A stretch of 64,000 nucleotides of DNA from Leptolyngbyaceae cyanobacterium (GTDB taxonomy: Bacteria > Cyanobacteriota > Cyanobacteriia > Phormidesmidales > Phormidesmidaceae). The notes under the pieces are model-generated. The model ran no database searches, was not told where the DNA came from, and saw only the letters and a list, made by a program, of their open reading frames with translations. Every line of letters starts with the position of its first letter. Positions within the stretch are counted from its first letter, which is position 1. The position numbers and the translations under genes were made by a program. Location of the stretch: positions 18,255 to 82,254 of the forward strand of contig CBDHHL010000035.1 in NCBI GenBank assembly GCA_965263355.1, written 5' to 3'. This document shows positions 28,854 to 38,353 of the stretch, piece after piece.

Positions 28854-30398
28854 GTGGCTGTACGGCTAATCGAAGCAATTGCAAATATTGAACAATTTGA
28901 GCGGCTAGATAGTGGCACTCTCAAGGTAACCGCGATCGCCCGTACACCCGGCATTCTAACCTACTTTGATAGCAACGGTCCTCGACGTGAGTTAGTGACA
29001 GCCAACTTCCTTCGCTCTCCTGACCAGTCGGGATTCCCCATCGCAGGCCAGCTAGCGGACCTTCCCGTCACTCTTGAGCACCCTCCTTCTCTACTCCGTA
29101 AGGACGACAGTAAAACCAAGCAATACAGCGTAGGCAAGACTAGCCCCAAAGTGAAGGTGTATAAGGACGGGCGAATCCAGGTGGAGATGGAGGTTGAGCG
29201 AGAAGACGCTATCACGGCCATTGAGTCTGGAGAGAAGCAAGGGGTCAGCCTTGGATATCTTTGCAATATTTCCCAAAATGCGGGCACCTACAAGGGTGAG
29301 CGCTACGATGCTGAACAGTGCGCACCGTTTGAGGCGGATCATCTGGCTATTGTGGCCAAGCCTCGTGCGAAAGGTGCACTAATACAAAGTTTTGAACGCA
29401 CCGACGACACAACAGATATAGCGGTTGCGTATTTTGAAGAATTCGAGCCTAGCTCGGATGTTGTTGACTCTCCCAGGAGCGATTCTATGGGCACCAATAC
29501 CGCCGCGACTGTGGCGATCAGCGACATTGCAAAACCAGCAATGCCTGAAACATTCCAAATTGACATCAACGGGAAACCATTTCATGTTGATTCGGCCATG
29601 TATGAAGCCTTGAATGCTGAGCGTTCAGACATGGCTGAATACAAGAAAGACATGGGCAAGAAAAAGCATAAAGGCAAAAAACCTTCTTCTATGAATGACG
29701 ATTTCATGGGGGATGACGACGAAGATGACAACGAGTATGAAGACGGTGATTATGCTAAGAAAATGCGCAAGGACGCAGCTGAGCAGATTTCAGCCGTACT
29801 GGCCCGTTGCGATGCAGATACATTAACGGACGCTCTCTATAACCTCAATGTTCTTGTTGGCAGGTTTGACAGCGCAGATACTGTAGCTGATGTCGTCGAG
29901 GCTATCGACACTTTGCAAGGCAGAGTGGACGCACTGGACCATGAAGACAGCAGCAACGACGACAGTCGTTTTGATGATGGCGATGTCAAGGCACTGCTCG
30001 AAAAGCTAGACGCTGCAGACCCAGCATCAGCTTTGCTTGCACTAGAAGGGAAAGAGTTTATTGTCAGCTACGGTCACTTGCTCCCCCCAGGATACAAATT
30101 GGATGGACAGACGCTGCATGAGCTGCAGTTAGAGGCCATCAAGCATACAGAGCCAGGGCTGGAGTTAAAAACAGACTCAGCTAAATCTATCTCTGGTGCA
30201 TTCAGTGTTGTTGCCCATCGACATAAACGAGTTGATTCATCAACCCAGCTAGACAAGGCGCTCCATCTGGACATGGGCATGGTCCACAGCAACGCTGGCC
30301 CAAATGGGAACCGCCGAACCAACACCAGCATGATCAAAAAGCCGTCTGAATCTCTTTTCGCTCTATCTAAAGCTGTTCGCCGTTCTGGGAGCAAGTAA
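28854..30398 (+). CDS. DUF2213-type prohead protease/scaffold
   Basis: IARTPGILTY, PVTLEHP, GVSLGY, DHLAIVAKPRA motifs; acidic scaffold C-terminus rich in R/K-x-D sites. Confidence 0.85.
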   Translation: MAVRLIEAIANIEQFERLDSGTLKVTAIARTPGILTYFDSNGPRRELVTANFLRSPDQSGFPIAGQLADLPVTLEHPPSLLRKDDSKTKQYSVGKTSPKVKVYKDGRIQVEMEVEREDAITAIESGEKQGVSLGYLCNISQNAGTYKGERYDAEQCAPFEADHLAIVAKPRAKGALIQSFERTDDTTDIAVAYFEEFEPSSDVVDSPRSDSMGTNTAATVAISDIAKPAMPETFQIDINGKPFHVDSAMYEALNAERSDMAEYKKDMGKKKHKGKKPSSMNDDFMGDDDEDDNEYEDGDYAKKMRKDAAEQISAVLARCDADTLTDALYNLNVLVGRFDSADTVADVVEAIDTLQGRVDALDHEDSSNDDSRFDDGDVKALLEKLDAADPASALLALEGKEFIVSYGHLLPPGYKLDGQTLHELQLEAIKHTEPGLELKTDSAKSISGAFSVVAHRHKRVDSSTQLDKALHLDMGMVHSNAGPNGNRRTNTSMIKKPSESLFALSKAVRRSGSK

Positions 30399-30401
30399 AC
30401 T

Positions 30402-31286
30402 ATGGTTTATTCCGAATACAACGCACTTAATACTCAAAGGTCCGTCGTTGCCCCTGATCAATACGCACCTGGACAAGCGCTTAATGATCAGCTATCTGTA
30501 GCATTCCTCAACGCTGGGACATCTACTCAACAGACGGTATTGATCGACAATGGCACGGCCACCGCTAGCACTGACTATGTGTTTAATATCGGCGGCAAGA
30601 CTATTACGGTCAATTACGTCGTAGCTGATGGCGATCCATTTAATGAGGTCAACCCTGGCACTGCTATTAGCGATGCAATCTTACAGAACCTAATTGTTAG
30701 TAAGCTCCAGCAAAATCAAACAGATTTCACGGTAGCTGCTACCGGAAGTGACCAAGTTACGCTGACAGCCGTTCCATACAGCGTCAATAAAACAGTCACT
30801 GTCTCAGGCGGCGGGGCAGGGTTCGCTGTAACGACCAATACAGCAGCGAACTCATCTAGCCATATCCCCTTTGGAGTTGTTGTTGTCGACTCTGGGGCTG
30901 ATGACGATGGAAAACTGGGCGCTCTTCCTTCGGCAACAGGCCAGCGGGTTCTAGGCGTTAGCCGACGAGGCAATGGTCGTAGCCGATATAGCTATGAAGA
31001 AGCACAAGCATTAGGCGTATCCCAAGACGGAGTATTCCCTGGCACTGATGGTTCTGCTATGAAGCAAGGCTCTATCGTTGCTCGCGCTGAAGCTGCATTT
31101 GCAGGGACGGAAGCGACCGTTTATTTCCGTCATACCGCGAATGGTGCTTTAACTGACCTTGGCTATGTTGCGCCTGCGACTGGTACTGGGTTAGACGCAT
31201 TATCAACCGCTGTTGCTGTAGATGGACCATCCGTCACACTGCAGGATGGCAGCTTAGTTGTTCCACTCACTGTCAATCTGCCTTAA
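30402..31286 (+). CDS. Capsid decoration/cement protein
   Basis: Between protease and capsid; IPFGVVV...LGVS...MKQGSIV motif. Confidence 0.65.
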   Translation: MVYSEYNALNTQRSVVAPDQYAPGQALNDQLSVAFLNAGTSTQQTVLIDNGTATASTDYVFNIGGKTITVNYVVADGDPFNEVNPGTAISDAILQNLIVSKLQQNQTDFTVAATGSDQVTLTAVPYSVNKTVTVSGGGAGFAVTTNTAANSSSHIPFGVVVVDSGADDDGKLGALPSATGQRVLGVSRRGNGRSRYSYEEAQALGVSQDGVFPGTDGSAMKQGSIVARAEAAFAGTEATVYFRHTANGALTDLGYVAPATGTGLDALSTAVAVDGPSVTLQDGSLVVPLTVNLP

Positions 31287-31305
31287 TTCGGAGGTTCTGA
31301 AAATC

Positions 31306-32340
31306 GTGATTAATTATCAAGACACAGCACAATATGCAATTGCTGTTGCAGCCGAATTACAACGGTTGGACAGCGAAAATGCAATGCCTGTCGTATCTGG
31401 TGCTCGACTAGATGCAGTCTCAGCAGGCCACTTGCAAGAATATCTCACCCATTATTCTCCTGAATTAATTCGAGAAGAGTATCCAGAGTACAAATATGCA
31501 GCTGGGCTTGTCCCGCTTGACTCTCGGGAGTATGTTGGTGTTCAACAAATCAAAAAGACCCGTATCACGCGGATTGGTAAGTGGAGCCGATCTAGTGATG
31601 GTAACGTCTCCAAGGCTGCAATCGATATCGGGATGGATGAGGTTGATTACGGCTCTGCTTCATTCGACGCTCACATCACGTTTACTGTTGACGAGCTAGA
31701 CGCCATTGACTTTGCTCGTCGTCATCGCAGTATGGGCGTCATTGTAGATACCGTCTCTGAGAAGGTGAGAGCAGCCCAGGAAAGCTATCAAGAGCTAATC
31801 AACCGGATCATGGCGTTTGGCAGCACACGTCAAGGCGTTTACGGGCTGCATACTCACCCTGGAGTTACCAAGGTTAAAGCCCCATACAAGATGGGCATTA
31901 ATCAAACGGCAGACAACAACATCGCTATTTTTGCGGCGATGCTTCGCATTGCTTCTCGCATCTCAGGGCAGCGTTCCAAGCCAGATGTCGGCCTAATTCC
32001 TGATCAATTAGCTATTGATTTGAGCCAACAGGAGAAGAACACGAGTGCTGGCATCAGCACCCTTAAGTACTTCCTAGAGAGCGCTCAAGGGGTACGGATG
32101 AATTTGGATTCTACTCCTGAAATGGACACTGCTGGCCCTGGAAGCACTACCGCAATTCACTTCTATCGCCTTGATCCTGCGCGGCTGCAAGGCTGTGTTC
32201 CTAAAAGGATGAGGCAGGTGACTGATCCTGTTTATACCAATGGCGCTTGGCGCACTGACTTCCATTGCGCAATCAGCGGGGCTCATTTGGTGCGGCCCTA
32301 CGACCATGTAATGTTTTACGACGTTTACGATCTTAACTAA
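31306..32340 (+). CDS. Major capsid protein (DUF2184-like, HK97 fold)
   Basis: GGAGG RBS before GTG 31306; RLD|A propeptide; NRIMAFG...GVYGLHTHP motif. Confidence 0.8.
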   Translation: MINYQDTAQYAIAVAAELQRLDSENAMPVVSGARLDAVSAGHLQEYLTHYSPELIREEYPEYKYAAGLVPLDSREYVGVQQIKKTRITRIGKWSRSSDGNVSKAAIDIGMDEVDYGSASFDAHITFTVDELDAIDFARRHRSMGVIVDTVSEKVRAAQESYQELINRIMAFGSTRQGVYGLHTHPGVTKVKAPYKMGINQTADNNIAIFAAMLRIASRISGQRSKPDVGLIPDQLAIDLSQQEKNTSAGISTLKYFLESAQGVRMNLDSTPEMDTAGPGSTTAIHFYRLDPARLQGCVPKRMRQVTDPVYTNGAWRTDFHCAISGAHLVRPYDHVMFYDVYDLN

Positions 32341-32972
32341 TGTCTGAGACTAAAACGGCTACGGCTAAAACAAAGGCTGCGACAAGGCAGGCTGCCGACT
32401 ATCAAGGCAAGCGTGTTGTTGTCTGGAACCCTGAGGCTGATTATCGCCTTGGCGACCAAGCTCCTCTAAAGGGCTATGAAATGGTACGGCAATATGTGTT
32501 CTGCTATGTTGATGCCGTCGCGACAGCAAAAGCGAAAGAGACAGCCAAAAGGACATTAGCCCACGACAAACTAGTCGCTCTGGGTGACGATGTCCCTCAT
32601 CAGCCTGTGTTCAAAGAGTTAATTCTAACGCCAGGGCTTAACTGGGTTGAAGCTCAGGCTTGGGACAAGGCAACCCATGTATCGGCAGAACGATATCAAG
32701 CAGAGATTGAAGACAATAATCCCAAGGCGGTTGATGAGATTAGCCGCCTACTTCAATCACGAGCGATCCTGGTTTTTGAACCCAATGAGCGAGTTCAAGA
32801 GACTCGGCAATTCACTGGGAATTTCGAAGATTATGACGCTCAAGAATTGAAGCGTTTAATGGCTCAGGTTGATGATATCGGTGCATTGCAGCAATACGCC
32901 AAAGACACCAACGATTACGCATTAACCCAGGTTATTCAAGAACGAATCAACGCGTTGAATACAGGTTACTGA
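32340..32972 (+). CDS. Hypothetical protein after the capsid gene
   Basis: 210 aa, coupled start. Confidence 0.6.
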   Translation: MSETKTATAKTKAATRQAADYQGKRVVVWNPEADYRLGDQAPLKGYEMVRQYVFCYVDAVATAKAKETAKRTLAHDKLVALGDDVPHQPVFKELILTPGLNWVEAQAWDKATHVSAERYQAEIEDNNPKAVDEISRLLQSRAILVFEPNERVQETRQFTGNFEDYDAQELKRLMAQVDDIGALQQYAKDTNDYALTQVIQERINALNTGY

Positions 32973-33385
32973 TGGACTTTGCGACATTTGCAGCTGACCC
33001 AATAATTATCGCCGCGCAGTTAGATTGCAATCAAGACGCGGTGGAACAAATTATTGACGAGGTATCTTGCCTGCTTCCCAAAAGTCGGTTCGCTACCCTT
33101 TGTACAGACTGCAATCGTCGAGATCTTGCCATCAAATACCTAACAGCGCATCGGCTAACTCTACTCAAGCAATCAGGCATCTTGGACGGAGAAGCGAAAG
33201 GCATAATCCCTGGTCAGATAACCAGTATTAGCGCTAGCCAGGGTAGCCAGTCTCTGAGCTTTTCTCAAGTTTCTCAAGAGGCTACAGGAGGGTGGATCTC
33301 CGAGGGACAGACCCCCACCTATTGGTGGGGTTTATTTATGAGTATGGCGCAGTCCAGGAAAGTAGCTATCGGGTTTACTGCGTAG
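32972..33385 (+). CDS. Head-tail adaptor (DUF4054-like)
   Basis: LAIKYLTAHRL...GQITS...SLSF...TYWWGLF. Confidence 0.65.
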   Translation: MDFATFAADPIIIAAQLDCNQDAVEQIIDEVSCLLPKSRFATLCTDCNRRDLAIKYLTAHRLTLLKQSGILDGEAKGIIPGQITSISASQGSQSLSFSQVSQEATGGWISEGQTPTYWWGLFMSMAQSRKVAIGFTA

Positions 33386-33387
33386 CC

Positions 33388-33777
33388 ATGAGTGCAAATA
33401 GATCATCCTCAAGTTCAAAAACAATAGAACAAACTATTGACACGAACCTGACCGTAATTGGGGAGTGGGTAATCCAAAGCAATGGCCTTGCTGTTGAAGT
33501 TGTCAACAAAGGAGGGACCGCTTTCAATGCATTTGAGATTCGCTTAAAAGCGACCGAAGCGTCCACATTCCGGCTCGCCTACAACCAGGCAACAGACTGG
33601 ACCAATCCAGCTACAGGAAGCCTGATTTCTATTGGAAACACAACCAGCCCAACTACTCTAGCAGCAGGCGAGGGGATTAATTTCGCTTTGTTTAGATTGC
33701 TGGATTATAAATTTTATTCCATTCAATTTCTCGCCTCTGTTGCGAGCGGCAGCACAGTAGCGGAGGTATCGGCATGA
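33388..33777 (+). CDS. Putative virion beta-sandwich protein
   Basis: ATG 33388 follows the upstream stop; structural operon. Confidence 0.5.
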   Translation: MSANRSSSSSKTIEQTIDTNLTVIGEWVIQSNGLAVEVVNKGGTAFNAFEIRLKATEASTFRLAYNQATDWTNPATGSLISIGNTTSPTTLAAGEGINFALFRLLDYKFYSIQFLASVASGSTVAEVSA

Positions 33778-34415
33778 CTTTTGTTCACCAGCCTGCGCCA
33801 TCGGCCCCAACCAGCAAGGTTCATCTGTATATGCCTGCTAACTCGCTTACTCCTCCTGCTAGCCCGTTTGAAATACGATTTAATCCAGCGTCTCTAGACC
33901 CAGCCGACGCGAAGCTGTCTTTCGTTAGAACGCCCTACGTGTTTGCTAGTGGGACCATTCAAAGACGCAGCAACGCTTTTATAAAAGGGAACAAAATTCA
34001 GTTATTAGATAACTCTGACCAAGTAATTGCGGAAGGGAGCAATACAGCTGGCCAGAACGTTAGGTTGGCTGCGGGGGCCATCTACGAGATGCGGTATGAT
34101 TTGGCATTCCAAAATTTTGGCGATTCTGAGTATATCGATATTGGAATCATGGACCGAGATAAATTTGATGCTCACGTCACGAATGATGACCCAGCTCCTC
34201 ACTCAGATGCACTAGAAAACTATCAGAGTGACGGGACTGGCCAAACAGACAACAACAACTCACTCCGTAGCACTACTGGCGCGGGGAGAATCGACCTATC
34301 CGAAAGCACAACAGATAAGGTTGTTTGCCTAGGTGCCTACAATGCCAATGCCACTGATGTTAAAGAAGTGGCCTGGTGGCACACGTATTGGTGGATTTGG
34401 GAGGTTGCGCTATGA
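33774..34415 (+). CDS. Putative virion protein
   Basis: 213 aa, ATGA overlap. Confidence 0.55.
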   Translation: MTFVHQPAPSAPTSKVHLYMPANSLTPPASPFEIRFNPASLDPADAKLSFVRTPYVFASGTIQRRSNAFIKGNKIQLLDNSDQVIAEGSNTAGQNVRLAAGAIYEMRYDLAFQNFGDSEYIDIGIMDRDKFDAHVTNDDPAPHSDALENYQSDGTGQTDNNNSLRSTTGAGRIDLSESTTDKVVCLGAYNANATDVKEVAWWHTYWWIWEVAL

Positions 34416-34471
34416 AATGAAATGCCAAAAAGCTAGAATTTAGTTGATGAAGTTATAGAGGGAAATCAATC

Positions 34472-34843
34472 ATGCCTTTTCTTAGTGATGATGTTTTAGA
34501 TGGAGGTTTAGACGTGCTTGACACAGCCACGACCACACTCCATATCTGCTCTCAGGAGCCAACAACTTTAGCTGAAGCAAACTCCACCTATACTTTAGGA
34601 AATAAAACCTCGCTTAGTATAGGGGCACCAGCGGATCGTACTGGGGGCGGGCGAGAAGTGACTATTGCCTCATTTTCAGATGGCAGCGTCACTGCGGATG
34701 GAACAGCGACTCATTACGCAATAATTGACGCGACACGACTGCTGGCCACAAATAGTCTTAGCGCATCTCAAGCGGTCATCAATGGCAACACTTTTAGTCT
34801 AGCTGCTTTTACTATTGGGATTCCTGACGCAGTGAGTGCATAA
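34472..34843 (+). CDS. Small phage structural protein
   Basis: DDVLDGGLD...LHICSQEPTT...GTATHYAI pattern seen in phage virion proteins. Confidence 0.6.
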   Translation: MPFLSDDVLDGGLDVLDTATTTLHICSQEPTTLAEANSTYTLGNKTSLSIGAPADRTGGGREVTIASFSDGSVTADGTATHYAIIDATRLLATNSLSASQAVINGNTFSLAAFTIGIPDAVSA

Positions 34844-34848
34844 GCATT

Positions 34849-35853
34849 ATGCTATCGCCTTTACGTTATTTCTTTTTCTTCCAAGCAACAACAGCGGCGA
34901 GCCTGATCGCCGTTGGCTTGGTGACGACAGCACCAGAACTGGGAGATCCAGGAATAACTCAAAATCACTCGCTAACTGCTAACGGCTTGACTGCTGGAGC
35001 AGCAACGCTAGGCATCCCAGCAGCACTAGGGGAAGGGTCTGCCGTTGGCTTGCTGATCGGTGCCCCAACCTTAGCGACGGTAACACTGACCCAGATGCAT
35101 GTGTTGTCCGCTACAGGATTAATCGCTGTCGCGCCTGAATTGAGTGTCGCAACAATCCCAGAGCCTGATAGCGCCAACGGCCTGATCTCTGGCGACCCAT
35201 TGTTAAGCCTGCCCACTTTGGCTCAAAACCACAGTGTTATCTCTACTGGGTTGGCTGCCTCTGCGCCCACCATAGGCAGCCCAGTATTATCCAGTTCTGT
35301 CAATACAGGCAATAAAATAGTTGTTGGGGCACCGATCCTTGGCTCTCCTGTTTTTGCCCAGCAGCAATCATTAACTGCTACAGGGTTAACTATTGGGGCT
35401 CCCGCTATAGGTAGCCCAGCGCAAAATGCGGGGATCTCTTTTGTTTGCGCCCCAGATATAGTCATAGAGAAAGAATTACAAGGATCTGTGATCAGCCCTA
35501 GCGCAGATCTGAGGCTAAAAATAACACTCACTCGCAATCCTGGCGACATTGACCCAGGAACATCGCGAGCAACGGATTACACTAACTGTATCCCAGAATT
35601 CGCAGTGTATCGGCATGGAGGCACCACTGCGATTTCGACCCTGACCTTAGCCAACAATGGGATCAGTCGTGCAACAAATACAGCGAGTTGCCAGGTTTTT
35701 GTAGTGCTTTGGCCCCAAGCATCAGTGGTCACCTATAAAGGGAGGATGGATATGTTGTATCGATTCACGGTAACCACGGCAGATGGGGCAATTGTCTCTG
35801 GTAATAATAGCGATCCAGCATATTCAGGTAGATTTAGTATAGCGAGGTATTAG
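34849..35853 (+). CDS. Putative fibre/virion protein with GL-x-x-GAP-x-(L/I)G-x-P repeats
   Basis: About 8 imperfect repeats in the N-terminal 200 aa. Confidence 0.6.
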   Translation: MLSPLRYFFFFQATTAASLIAVGLVTTAPELGDPGITQNHSLTANGLTAGAATLGIPAALGEGSAVGLLIGAPTLATVTLTQMHVLSATGLIAVAPELSVATIPEPDSANGLISGDPLLSLPTLAQNHSVISTGLAASAPTIGSPVLSSSVNTGNKIVVGAPILGSPVFAQQQSLTATGLTIGAPAIGSPAQNAGISFVCAPDIVIEKELQGSVISPSADLRLKITLTRNPGDIDPGTSRATDYTNCIPEFAVYRHGGTTAISTLTLANNGISRATNTASCQVFVVLWPQASVVTYKGRMDMLYRFTVTTADGAIVSGNNSDPAYSGRFSIARY

Positions 35854-35854
35854 C

Positions 35855-36466
35855 ATGGCAATCGTTCCATACACCAGCACGAACCAAGCTGGAGCAACAA
35901 TATTTTTCCAGAGGCATTCTCAGTCTGGCGAAGGAGATGACGCAGCCGACGCCGTTATTGGCGTTGTTGGGATCGTAGATAGCACAGGCAGTGAGATTGG
36001 CTCGAGCAACCCTTTGCCAATCTCACTGCCCTCTCAGCGGGTTTTCAAGGCTGCCTTAACCCTGGATACGTCTCCATATGCCAGTGGCGACACATTGGCT
36101 GATTTACTAGAGATCACAAATGCCGTGCGGACCGCTGGCGGAACTGGGACCATTACATCAGTAACAATCAATGACTTGGACGGCCAAGCGCAAGGACTAG
36201 ATTTAATATTTTTCGATCAATCTGTGACCTTAAGCGCCAACAATAACACCTGGAACACCGCTATGGTTAACGTCCTGCATTCAGTAGCAGTAGAGGCTGC
36301 TGACTACAAAACATATGGCTCTGACTCTTCGGCAACTATCGGAGGATTAAGTCTAGCCATACAACCCAATAGTGGAACATCAATCTATATCGGCGCGATT
36401 AGCAGAGGTACCGGTACCTATACCGTAAATGGATTGGAAATAGTTATCGGAATCCTGAGAGACTAA
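35855..36466 (+). CDS. Putative virion protein
   Basis: 203 aa, beta-rich. Confidence 0.55.
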   Translation: MAIVPYTSTNQAGATIFFQRHSQSGEGDDAADAVIGVVGIVDSTGSEIGSSNPLPISLPSQRVFKAALTLDTSPYASGDTLADLLEITNAVRTAGGTGTITSVTINDLDGQAQGLDLIFFDQSVTLSANNNTWNTAMVNVLHSVAVEAADYKTYGSDSSATIGGLSLAIQPNSGTSIYIGAISRGTGTYTVNGLEIVIGILRD

Positions 36467-36470
36467 AAAA

Positions 36471-38171
36471 GTGAATAGAACCGCTCGGCTAGCAAAAAAG
36501 AAAAAGACAACAGCTCCGGCGATACCGGCCACTCGCTACATTGCACCTGCTGCGTGGTTAGAGGCAGATCGCAATCCTGACACCTCAAGGTGGCGAGATC
36601 TTAGTGGAAATAATAACCACGGAGACACTGTAGGCAGCCCGTCCCTTGGTCTAATTAATGGCAGACCAGCTTACCAAGGCAATGGCTCTAATATTGGCTA
36701 TACTTTGCCTCAACTCATTTCAGGTGCGCAGGACCACTTAGTGACAATTGTTGTTAGATCTATCAGCAATCCTACGTCTTTAATAGCAATCGCTGGACAG
36801 TATAGAGTGGGTCAAAGCGGTCGTTACTTGCTGTTATTCACCACTGATTCAGGTGGTGTTATCTTTTCAACAGGCTTTGAAGGCCAATTTACTAATCCAG
36901 GAGCCGCTGCTGACACAAGCCCTCATGTATTTTCAGTCCGTAAAGTAGGCAACCAGTACGAGCACTGGCGAGACGGGGTACTTGTCGCAAGCAATAGCAC
37001 ATCTGACAGTATTCTGTCAACATCATTTCTGCTGTTTCATGGCAGAGATTCAGGGGACAGTAACGCATTTTGGTACAATGGCTTGGTCGGCGCATTTTCC
37101 GCCTTTATCGGAACGGCTACCGATGGTCAACTACTAACTGAACACTATCGGATGGCCATTAAATATGGCATTGAACTAGACGAAAGCTTCATTCTATTGT
37201 CGGCACCAAAGCAAGCTCTTTCTAATTCAGAGATTATATTTAGAACACTTGGTACGGGGGGGGCTGAAGCCGTAACAAGACTCCGAAGTTTAATTATTTC
37301 CAGCTTGTGGAGTGGATCTGGGCTGCCCTCTAATGGGATTAATGGAACGTCTACAGGGGTTTCGGACCCTCTGGCAACACATAGTTTAAGCCCGTCAAAT
37401 CTTTTGCGCGTAGACCAGGTTACTGTTGAGCTAAGAAATAACAACAACATTCTTAGGGATACCTTAAACCCTTATGTCTGGTACCCGACCAGTGGGACCA
37501 GCAACAATAGATTTGTAATGGTGGCTGTAGGGCACAGCGATGACGATTCTGTTTTAGGCCCTATTGGCTTAGGTTACGGCGAATTAATCAGAGATTTAGT
37601 AGAAGATGGCTATACAGTGGCCAATATCTACATGCCTTTCGGTGCAGATCCTGCCCAACACAATGCCCTGCCTGACCCAACAGCAGATGAAAATTACTTA
37701 AGATACTTTGTTGAAACACCTATTCGGTTAATCAACGAATTTACAAGTTTTTCTGCCTATTTCATGGCAGGGAAATCTGGGGGCGGGATGGTTACAACTT
37801 TAACTACGGCCATTGAAACTAGAATATCTCGGTCTGCCGATGTTGCTGGCTCATTCCCGTTGGCAACACACGTTCCTGGGCGAGACTTTGAGCAATATCT
37901 CCCAGGAATTCGTGATTTAGTTGATTTTGGTGACTTGTATTTAATGGCAGCATCAGGAAGGTCTCACCTCCATGCCTATAACACCCAAGATAGTTGCTGT
38001 TTTACCCAAGCACAGCGCGATACATTCCCCACATTTGATTGGGTCCCATTGGTCCAAAGCAGGGCTACTGAACTCAATGGAGTTTATACACTTGAAATTA
38101 ACAGTTCTACACTGCACGAAATTAGTGCGATTACTCGCGCTAATATAATTAGTTTATTTTCTGAGGTCTAG
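36471..38171 (+). CDS. LamG/concanavalin-like plus alpha/beta-hydrolase protein
   Basis: WRDLSGNNNH and WRDGVLV LamG-like motifs; GKSGGG nucleophile elbow; candidate Asp (QDSCCF) and His (TLHEI). Confidence 0.7.
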   Translation: MNRTARLAKKKKTTAPAIPATRYIAPAAWLEADRNPDTSRWRDLSGNNNHGDTVGSPSLGLINGRPAYQGNGSNIGYTLPQLISGAQDHLVTIVVRSISNPTSLIAIAGQYRVGQSGRYLLLFTTDSGGVIFSTGFEGQFTNPGAAADTSPHVFSVRKVGNQYEHWRDGVLVASNSTSDSILSTSFLLFHGRDSGDSNAFWYNGLVGAFSAFIGTATDGQLLTEHYRMAIKYGIELDESFILLSAPKQALSNSEIIFRTLGTGGAEAVTRLRSLIISSLWSGSGLPSNGINGTSTGVSDPLATHSLSPSNLLRVDQVTVELRNNNNILRDTLNPYVWYPTSGTSNNRFVMVAVGHSDDDSVLGPIGLGYGELIRDLVEDGYTVANIYMPFGADPAQHNALPDPTADENYLRYFVETPIRLINEFTSFSAYFMAGKSGGGMVTTLTTAIETRISRSADVAGSFPLATHVPGRDFEQYLPGIRDLVDFGDLYLMAASGRSHLHAYNTQDSCCFTQAQRDTFPTFDWVPLVQSRATELNGVYTLEINSSTLHEISAITRANIISLFSEV

Positions 38172-38353
38172 TGTTCTTGTCAGGACTCAATGTGAATTGC
38201 ACTACATTGAGTGATTCAAATGATTTCAAAACAATATGAACACAAAGTGCAGCCAAGAACAAATTGAACGGATACGACTGGGCCTTGCTCATGGACTATT
38301 AGCGCTCCCACGCGGGCCGATTGGTGGAAGCAGGATTAGGTATTTTTGATGAT

